This document shows positions 53,258 to 64,000 of a stretch of DNA of 64,000 nt, one piece after another; position 1 is the first letter of the stretch, and each line of letters begins with the position of its first letter. The notes under the pieces are model-generated. The model had not been told where the DNA came from and searched no databases. It saw only the letters and a list, made by a program, of their open reading frames with translations. The DNA is from the human T2T-CHM13v2.0 reference genome, Homo sapiens, in NCBI RefSeq assembly GCF_009914755.1, contig NC_060944.1. One strand, 5' to 3'. A program made the translations under genes and the position numbers.

Positions 53258-56200
53258 GGGGGCCCATTCCGGCAGCGGCGCCTGCGGCCTGACCACTGAT
53301 TGTAGGGATGCCGTTCCCCCCTCCCTTCTCCCATGGGCATCATCTTATTTATTTAGTTTTGGGTGTGGAACTGTTTCTTTTTTTCAAGATGTTAAAACAG
53401 TCCCGTGGAAGGAGCAGGGGTTGGAGAAAGGCATCCCAAAGCTTCGATGGAGAGCAGGGAAGGGGGACCCAAGGCAGGAGGTACACCAGCTGGACAAATT
53501 GCAGGGAGGGGAGGGAGCGAGGGCCAACCCGGCCCCTCTGTCCCCTTGGCTCTTCAGACAGGGCCAGCCCTGCTCAGGAAGTCTCTGGCTGTCTTCATGT
53601 GGGGAAGCCAGGCTTGAGTTGCCCATAGGCCCCTGCCCTGCACCATCCTGTCCAGTGCCCTGCGCACTCCATGCCGTCTCTTCCAAGCCACCTTGCCCGC
53701 AGCCCAGGCTCCTGGGCCAGTGCTCTCTCCTCAAATGGAGGCAGCCATGGCCTGAAGTGCAGATCACTGACCCAGGGCTCAGAGCAGAGGCCAGAACCAC
53801 TGGGCCGGCCGGCATTCCAGCCTCCCCAGACTGCTGCCCACCTTGGGACTCAGGAGCTCAGTCAAGGCCACAGGCTGGAGGAGAGACGGGGCTGGGCGCA
53901 AGGTGGCGGAGGGCAGTGTGGGTTCTGTGTCTGTCTGTTCATCCCAGGCTTTCCCGTCATCCCTTTCCTCTTGGCACTTCTGGGTGTGTCAGTCATTATT
54001 CCTGTGAGGTAGCTAAGCCCGGCAAGCTCAGTGCTGGGGTAGGAGGGCCTGCCTGAGTCCCAGCTCCCAGCTGGAGAATCCACCAGCACAAGAAGAGGAG
54101 GCAGGGGCAGAAACCCAAGGGGGCTCCCCCAGCCTTCCAAGGTGAGGCCATCTCATCTGCAGGCTGGGAGGCAGGGCTGGACTCAGGAACCCACAGCTTA
54201 CTGAAAAAGCCAGAGGCCATGACTGCCCCCAGAAACTTGCCCCGAGTTTCTCTGGGGCCCTCGGGCCCAACTTCTGCTTTGCACTATGTTCACTTTGGGG
54301 TTGGTTCTCAGCCATCCAAGGGTCTCCAGTGAGGTGGCTGCTTGCTGTCTGAGATGAGGGTTCCTAAACCTTAAACCTCTCTGCCTCTGGAGGAGGGTGG
54401 GGTATTCTGGCAGGATGAATCGCAGGATGGCGCGTACTGAAGCCACGATGTTCATCCAGGCCAAAGCAGGGTGTCCTGGGATAGGTTTCCTAGGCAGGGG
54501 CGTGGCAGAGCAGGTAGGCGCCCTGCAGCCTCCCTGCTCCCAGCCCAAGGCCAGTCGGCCTGGGAAGTTCACTGCCCCAACTCTTTTCCCGGGACCATAC
54601 TGAGTCCCCCAGCCACGCTGCTGACATTACCATTATTATTTTACCAAGTAAACTCACTCCTTTTCCCCCACAGGGGTTACACCCATCTGGTTGTCCCACC
54701 CACTCTTCAGAGGCTAGGCCCCACCTCTGGGGGTTGGAGGGACCCTGTGTCTTACTCGCCCCTCTGGCCTAAGGGCCACTCCGGTTATCTGCCAAGGTTG
54801 CTTGCCCTCACCCCAATGCTCCAACAGCCATTGCCTAACTCATGGGCTCTGCCCTTCTGCTCGGTGCCCTCCACGTGAGGCGGGGCACCTGCATGCACTG
54901 GGAGGGGGCGGCTGGCCCAGCCCTCGGGGCAGGAGCCCCCTCTGCCACACGCTTTGTGCCTCCAAAGCTCCCCCCGCCTTGGTCAGGGCCTCAGACCAGC
55001 CAACCTTTGTGGAATAAGCCCCAGCCCAGCCAAACCAAACCCAGATGCCTGAGGCCTGGCTGGGGCTGCCCCCGCAGGACACTGTGGCCATGCCACGGAG
55101 GGGGCAGTGGACAAAACCAATCCAAAGCCAAGCCGGGACTGGCTGCGGACCCAGCCTCCTGTGCCGCGCACTCACGGAGCTGCGTAGTCTCCTCAGACAT
55201 AGTCAAAGCTTTGCCGAGAAAAGAAATGTATGAACTATATTTGACAACATAAAATCTCTCTATTTTTCACCACTGGAATTTAGTCAAGCTTCAGGCCCCT
55301 CTGCTCCTGTCTGTGTCTTGCGTCTGTGGCCTTCCTATTGTGTCTTGTGTTTTGGTGGATGTGACAGGGCTGGGGCCACAGTCTACTCTGTCTCTGCTGC
55401 TAGAGAAGCCACCTGTGGAGGACTGGGCTGTGGTTGGGCCTGAGGCCTGTGGAGGAGGTGAGTGTAGCCAGCAGCGGCCGTCTACTCCTGTTCTGGCCTG
55501 AGACCACCGGTGTGGGTCACGAGGGCCCTGGCCCACAGTGTTGAGGGTCCTCTCTTTCGGGGGCTCTCCTGGGGCCTTCGATGGGCTTTTCTTCTTGTCA
55601 GTGGAGGGAGCAGCTCCCCACTCAGCCCTGGGACAGGCCCTGGGACTGTGGTGGCCGGTGGCCCTGGCCCAGCTCTGGAGTGCATGTGTGTGTGCTCAGA
55701 TCCCGCATCTATGCAAAGGTGCAGGCTGCCTGTGAGGCTCCAGGCGGTGGAGGTGCGGCAGCTGCTGCTCAGGTGCCATGCCCTGAAGAGGCAGGGTACA
55801 CATGGGGCTGGGAGGGCAAAGATGGGGCGGGGCCTCCCCCTGAGAGAGCTCACCCTCCACAGTGACCCTTTTCCTTCCTGCCTAATACCTCCTCCCGTTG
55901 GGCTGTGACTTTTCCTCCTGCCCTCAGCCTCTGAAACAGAAATCTTTGGGGCCTCCCCTTTCCCCAGCGTCTGGCAAGAGCTGATGAGGTCCTGAGGAAC
56001 AGTGTCCCCAGGAACCACCTTCTGGAGCCTAGCGGCCAGACGTGGCTTCTCCTGAGTTCTAGGGCTCGGGCCAGAGTGGCACTACTGCCCGGCCAGTCCA
56101 GGCTCAGGCAGGAATCGGACGCTGGGGCCCGGGCTCTGCACAGAGAGCTGGGCTTGAGTGGAGTTTATTGTAGATTTCTCCCAAGGGGATCACTTAGCTT

Positions 56201-56530
56201 CTCACTGACACACCCTTCCCAATTGCCACAAGCGCAGGGGTATCTTACAGCACTTTGGGGAGGGGTGGGACAAACTGCAAGGTTCTGGGGCCAAGGCCTA
56301 CCCAGGGGCCTCTGCCCAGAGAACTCACAACCCCCTCTCTGACCTAGGGGACAATGCAAACAGGTCACAGTGCATTCCCATATTAGGCCATCCCCTTCAC
56401 GAAGAATTCAGGGGATGTGGGAAGTGGGGAGGCGGGGAGGGATCTTGACTCTTGTCTCCTTTGTCCTTTTGTTCAGACAGAGTTGTACCTGCAGCAGACA
56501 ACTCTGAATTAAAGCATGAAAACACAGCAA
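53258..56530 (+). other. SNPH: SNPH 3'UTR (~3.3 kb), end approximate
   Basis: Unique sequence with no obvious repeats after the stop; ATTAAA at 56508-56513 with TGTA upstream and a T-rich element downstream. Confidence 0.7.
56508..56513 (+). terminator. SNPH: SNPH poly(A) signal ATTAAA
   Basis: ATTAAA with upstream TGTA and downstream ctgttttcttt. Confidence 0.7.
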
Positions 56531-57125
56531 GCCCCTTGGCCTGTTTTCTTTATACTGGGTGGTTTCTCTAAGGGAAGGCAGTGGGAGGGTTCACACCATC
56601 TTCCTCCAGCGCAGGGGTCACAACACCCGCACGGGAAAAAGCCACGTGGGCAGCGATCATCTCTGATGTGCAGGGAAGCAGAGAGCTGTGTGGGGCTGAG
56701 GCACCACTGCCCTCTTGGGGTCAGGCTCAGAGTCTGGAGCCACCTCCCCCTGCCCCCACATGGCACACCCTGCTGGGCGCCATGAGCACATCGCGTCTCA
56801 CCTTCCCCAACACCCCCTAAAGTGGCTTCTCATGCCCACTTTGCAGAAGCAGAAGCAGCCACGGTCACACGGGGGGTGCCCCAAAGCCAGTGCTCCCTTT
56901 GTCAGCCCCACTGCCCCACAGTCCTACCCCATCCCCACAGTTCCATCCTGTCCCCAGTTCCAGTCATCCCCGCGCCAGGCTGGCAGGTGGCACGTGACAG
57001 AGGCAGAGCCAAATCATGGCTCTCAGAGGCCACGCGTAGAAAAGGCCCTGGTCTCACCACGGTTTAAGAGGAAACCAGCCCTGGCACGTCAGGGGACCAA
57101 GGATTCCAGAATTTTCAGTTACCTT

Positions 57126-57202
57126 TTTATTTTATTTTCAATAGTTTTGGGGGAATCAATTACCTTTGCGGACAGGGTTTTGTTTAAAATCAAATCTTTA
57201 TT
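57126..57202 (-). terminator. SDCBP2: SDCBP2 poly(A) signals (AATAAA at 57126-57131, 57131-57136 and 57197-57202 on the - strand)
   Basis: TTTATT hexamers on the + strand 440-520 nt past the stop codon. Confidence 0.75.
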
Positions 57203-57643
57203 CAAAAGATAGTCAAGGCTGACAACTTATGCAGTCTGTGACAAAGAGCAAGTCAAGCCAAGGAAAAAGCTCTCACAAAGAACGTAGCTCTGTTCTCTTA
57301 AAATGTGTAACTGTTTTCCTGGTAGAGCAAAATTTCTTGAAAGGGGCCCAGTTGCGACTTTAAGCAGCGTTTAAACAGCCTGCCTCCGTGTCCAGCATTT
57401 AAATCAGCACAAGAGAATCGGCTGCCTGTGGGCCCTGCCTGAGCCTCAGCCTAGCTTGGAGTCTGAGGCTCCAAGGAGGCCTGTGTGTATAAGCCATCCC
57501 ATGGTCACCCTCCTGGACACGCCCCCATCATGGCAGCCCCCACCTTAAGCAGCAGGCCGGCTGCAACCCATCATCCAAGGGTGGTTGCCCTTTGCTGCAG
57601 GAGGGCGGGAAGCCCCCCCTGCCTGCCCTGCCCTCCAGTGGCT

Positions 57644-57698
57644 TCAGGCATCTGGGATGGAGTGGTCCATGGTGTGGTGGAGCAGGACTGGAGGCAAC
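57644..57698 (-). CDS. SDCBP2: SDCBP2 last coding exon
   Basis: [17 protein letters not shown], then TGA at 57646-57644. Confidence 0.95.
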
Positions 57699-60600
57699 CT
57701 GGATACAGCAACAACAGTGACCAGGTTGGCAGCTCCTTCTCTCCACCCTCCAGCAACCTCCACCCCCTTCCGAGCCAGTGCATCCCATGTGGGCCTTCAC
57801 TCCCAGTTCTAAGACTTTCGAATCACCAGAAGCCACAAGCTACCTTGGAGGGAGGGGAAGGGAGGATAGAGCTGGCTGAGCCTGTGCCCTGTGTCAGCAC
57901 TGAGAAAGTGGAAGTGGCTGAGCCAGGTGCACCTGGGAGGCCGGGAGGTGAGGGGGATGGCAGAGGAGGGGTGAGGAGGGGTGAGGAGGGGTGCAGCCTT
58001 ACTTTTTGACCATGTGCTCGTAGATCACACTGGGGATGATGGTCAGGGTGACAACGTTCCCAGCCGTGGCCAGAATCTCCATGATCTTTTTGTCCTAGGG
58101 AGGAGGCAAGTAAGCGATCACCCTAAGGATTGGGGACCAGGGGCAACTCTACAGGCCCCTCTGTGGAGGGATCAGCATGGCCACTGCTAGAGGACACCAC
58201 TGATGGCTGACTGCAGGGCAGGGCTGCCTCGGACCCCGAGCCTGTCAGATGAGGGTCCCAGCAGACTCCCAGGTAAGGTCTTGCTTGAGTGAGAACACGG
58301 GTCTCCCACCTGAGGATCTCCTTGGTCAAATGAGCATGCCTCTTCCCACCCTCAGCTTGAAGGCCAGCGGTGTGAGCCTGACGCGTAACAGGGCCTCATC
58401 AATGCGATTCTCCTCCCCCTTCCAAGGGCTCCCAGAGACTCACCAAGCCCACAGTCACATTTGGGTTCTGGCCTCAAAGCATAAATACCTCCCCATCCTG
58501 TGGGAGGTACTAGGCGTACCCATCCACCCTCTGGCTCCTGCTGCCGCCAGGACCATAAGGGTCCTCCTCCTCTTACATCCTCTTACATTTGCTTGTTTGA
58601 TAAAAAGAGATGGGCCTGCAGACACCACTTAGATCATGGGAAGAACAAGAAATTAAAAGTCTCTACGCAAAGCGTGCCAGGTGGTCCAAACACTAACGTT
58701 ATGGCCATAGAAGAGCCTCTGGCCCTCACTCAGAGCCTATTGACCTTTACATTACACATGTATGTTATCCGGTTCTGTGTTTTCTTGGTTGTTCGAAAAT
58801 AAATGTGAGAAGATGTGCTAGACAGGACTAGTGATGGCCACAGGTGGAAATAAACTTTGAAAAGACAAACGATCTCAAGAAGTGTGGCTGGCTGGGACAA
58901 ACCCAGTTCTGAAGAACCTCACGACCCTATGGATTTCTGAATAACGATTTTCTAAAACATTCCTAAACTACTGAACATGATCCACTATACCAAAAAAAGT
59001 GCCATACGGAGCAAGGAGGTGTCCATGCAGCCAGCAATAGCTATTATGTATTAAGCACCTGCTATGTGCCTGGCACTGTGCTCAGAGCTCTAGGTACACT
59101 GTCTTTTTTTTTTTTTTTTTTTTGGAGACAGGGTCTCTCTCTGTTGCCCAGGCTGGAGTGCAGTGGCACGATCATAGCTCACTGCATCCTTGACCTCCCA
59201 GGCTCAATTAGTCCTCCCACCTCAGCCTCCTGAGTAGCTAGGACTACAGGTGTGCACCACCACGCTTGGCTAATTTTTTAGTTTTTTTGTGGAAAGAGGG
59301 TTTCACATTGCCCAGGCTGGTCTCGTGCTCCTGGACTTAAGTGATCCTCCTGCTTTGGCCTCTCAAAGCACTGGGATTACAGACGTGAGTCACCGCACCC
59401 AGCCCTATGAACACCGTCTTACTGAACCCTCACAGCAACCTTAGGAAGAGGATGCTGAGGCTCAGGTGGGGTAAGCAAGCTGCCCAAAGACCTGAGCCCT
59501 CCCACCACCCGGCAGTCCCTCCCTGGCGCGGCCACCAGCCTACCTTCAGCCCGATAACATTCTGCCCGTCTACCTCACACACGTAGTGGTTGGTGAGGAG
59601 CCCGTTGCGGGCCGCAGAACTCCCTTTGACCAGAGAGACAATCTTCCCCTTCTTGATCACGAAGCCGACGTGGCCCATGCTGTCCTTGTGCATGGTGACA
59701 GTCCGCTGGAACGGCCTGGCAGGAGGGACAGTGAGCTGTCCTGGGGACATGGCTGGGGTGAGACGGAGAGGCTGCCCGGGCCTGGCTACTCACCTGTCCC
59801 GAACCACCACGACAATCTTATCGCCTGATGCCTTCTTCACCACCTGATGGGCTTTGTGCGAGCTCCACCCAGCACAGTCACGCCCGTCAATCTGCAGGAG
59901 CTGGTCCCCAAAGCGCAGCCCCACAAGGGATGCAGGGGTGTTGGCCTGGACCAACTGCACAAAGAGCCCCTGGGGGAGGCAGGGCCCCAGAGTCAGTGTC
60001 CCTGGCCCACCCTAGGCACAGATCCCTCTTCCAACCTGTTGTTTTCCTCCTGATACTCCAGGAACCTACAGGGTGCCAGGGACACAGCTCTGCATGGCGG
60101 GCACCAAGGTTACCCCATTTACCGGGGAGGAAACACTCTAGGCCTCATAGTTAGGAAGCAGGTGAGTCAGGATTTCAACCCTGGCCTGGGGCTGCACTCC
60201 GAAACACTCCACTGTACCATTCACAAAGGCATGGGCTTCCCTGGCGTCGGCTGTCTACACCGTCGCCTGGAAGCTAGATGCCCTGGGCAGCGAAGGGCAG
60301 GTGGGGAAGGGAGGCTCCTCCGAGCGACGGAAGCCCACGGAGAGGCCAGTGGAGGGCCCTGCGCAACCCAGCACCAGCCCCGCCCGGGTCTCGGGGAGGA
60401 GGGACTGGGGGCAAGAGCCTGGCCGCTGGGGTTAGGAGGCCCGCTCTGCACCTTCCTTACTGTGGACGGGCCCTCTGAGCTCTGAGGCCTGGCGGGAGAG
60501 CGCGTGCAGCTCGAGCTCCTCTTCCCACCCAGCCCCCGCGCCCTACCTGGTCGACCTTCCGCAGCCTCAGCCCGGTCTTGCCGCGCTCGTCCTTGCACAG

Positions 60601-60705
60601 GTGGATCTCGCGCACCCCGGGCTTGATCTCAGCTCGCCGCACGCCCAGGCTGTACCCGGTTACCGGTGCCACCATCTGGCCGGGCCCGGGGCCCGAGACC
60701 GCTGT
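57644..60705 (-). CDS. SDCBP2: Syntenin-2 (tandem PDZ), partial: complement(join(57644..57698,58003..58094,59544..59715,59794..59969,60547..60705)); 217 aa, N-terminal exons lie beyond the window
   Basis: All junctions are GT/AG; 159+176+172+92+55 = 654 nt. [17 protein letters not shown]...[19 protein letters not shown]...[19 protein letters not shown]...[13 protein letters not shown] is syntenin-family PDZ1-PDZ2 plus C-terminus. Confidence 0.96.
58003..58094 (-). CDS. SDCBP2: SDCBP2 penultimate exon
   Basis: [30 protein letters not shown]; ctag| and |gtaagg. Confidence 0.95.
59104..59404 (-). mobile_element. Alu (AluJ-like)
   Basis: Antisense Alu consensus. Confidence 0.9.
59544..59715 (-). 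CDS. SDCBP2: SDCBP2 exon (PDZ2)
   Basis: [57 protein letters not shown]; follows a 78-nt intron. Confidence 0.95.
59794..59969 (-). CDS. SDCBP2: SDCBP2 exon (PDZ1)
   Basis: [29 protein letters not shown]...KIVVVVRD; cccag| and |gtgagt. Confidence 0.95.
60547..60705 (-). CDS. SDCBP2: SDCBP2 exon (start of PDZ1; internal ATG at 60675)
   Basis: ctgcag|ACAGCG ... GACCAG|gtaggg; 53 codons. Confidence 0.95.
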
Positions 60706-60875
60706 CTGCAGACACCAGGGGGCAGGGGGTCAGCCCGGCCCGTGGGGACCCTGTGCCTCAGGAGACACTGGGGTGGGGGTAGGGATGGGGAAAGGAGGAT
60801 GGAGCCGTCCCCGGGTCCCCCCACGTCCCCAGTCCACGCTTCTCCCCTAGGGGCGAGAGGAGACGTGGCTCCACG

Positions 60876-60894
60876 CGGCCACTAGGGGGCGTCA
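60876..60894 (+). promoter_or_regulatory. CTCF motif
   Basis: CGGCCACTAGGGGGCGTCA closely matches the CTCF core CCAC/GYAGRKGGCR. Confidence 0.75.
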
Positions 60895-61114
60895 AAGTCC
60901 ATGCCCTTAAAAAGCCAGGAAAACGGGGAGGGAAGGGGCGAGGATACAGGAAGAGGCCCTTCATTTCCCAAGGGAAACTGGCATCAGGAAAAGCCTCCTT
61001 TAAAACCCACTTAAAATAGAAAAAGTCACAGTAAATAGTGAGCAACAGGGGATAAAAGGACTGGATTTTTGTCTTGAGAAAAATGTAAAAATATACAAAT
61101 TCATGATGCAGAAA

Positions 61115-64000
<2,886 letters not shown>

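Larger units (their letters stand above)
60240..60900. promoter_or_regulatory. SDCBP2: Intragenic CpG island of SDCBP2 (possible internal promoter)
   Basis: CpG-dense region around the 60547-60705 exon. Confidence 0.65.

Noticed and set aside
51985-53343. Several antisense and alternative-frame ORFs over the last SNPH exon
   Set aside because: Shadows of GC-rich coding sequence; no independent splice or start signals.
53308-57212. Many 60-211 aa ORFs in the SNPH 3'UTR and intergenic gap
   Set aside because: High GC lowers stop frequency; the products are low-complexity with no recognisable domain.

Overview
Primate (most likely human) genomic DNA, rich in Alu, L1, L2 and MIR repeats. It holds the whole syntaphilin gene (SNPH, + strand) and the last five coding exons of the convergent syntenin-2 gene (SDCBP2, - strand). 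SNPH has a CpG-island promoter near 12.1-12.9 kb, two non-coding 5' exons and four coding exons (42301-42482, 43206-43313, 46627-46776, 52081-53257). These give 538 aa, or 494 aa from the ATG at 42433, and the 3'UTR runs to about 56.5 kb. The SDCBP2 exons (57644-60705) encode the tandem PDZ domains, and an internal CpG island with a strong CTCF motif sits at their 5' side. I see no convincing new protein-coding gene or prokaryote-type system. The most unusual structures are two large minisatellites that both grew from pieces of old L1 elements. One is a 63-bp x ~49 array whose unit is a stop-free 21-codon piece of L1 ORF2. The other is a 67-bp x ~32 array inside SNPH in which every unit carries a sense-strand AATAAA and a branch-point-like motif. 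Also notable are a ~0.93-kb UG-rich tract behind a candidate cryptic exon, a complex SNPH 5' end (junction-spanning uORF, MIR-derived micro-exon, competing acceptors, GCAUG cluster) and an in-frame alternative acceptor adding 33 aa. Gene identities come from recognising the proteins. Repeat subfamily names and regulatory roles are inferences, and repeat boundaries are approximate.
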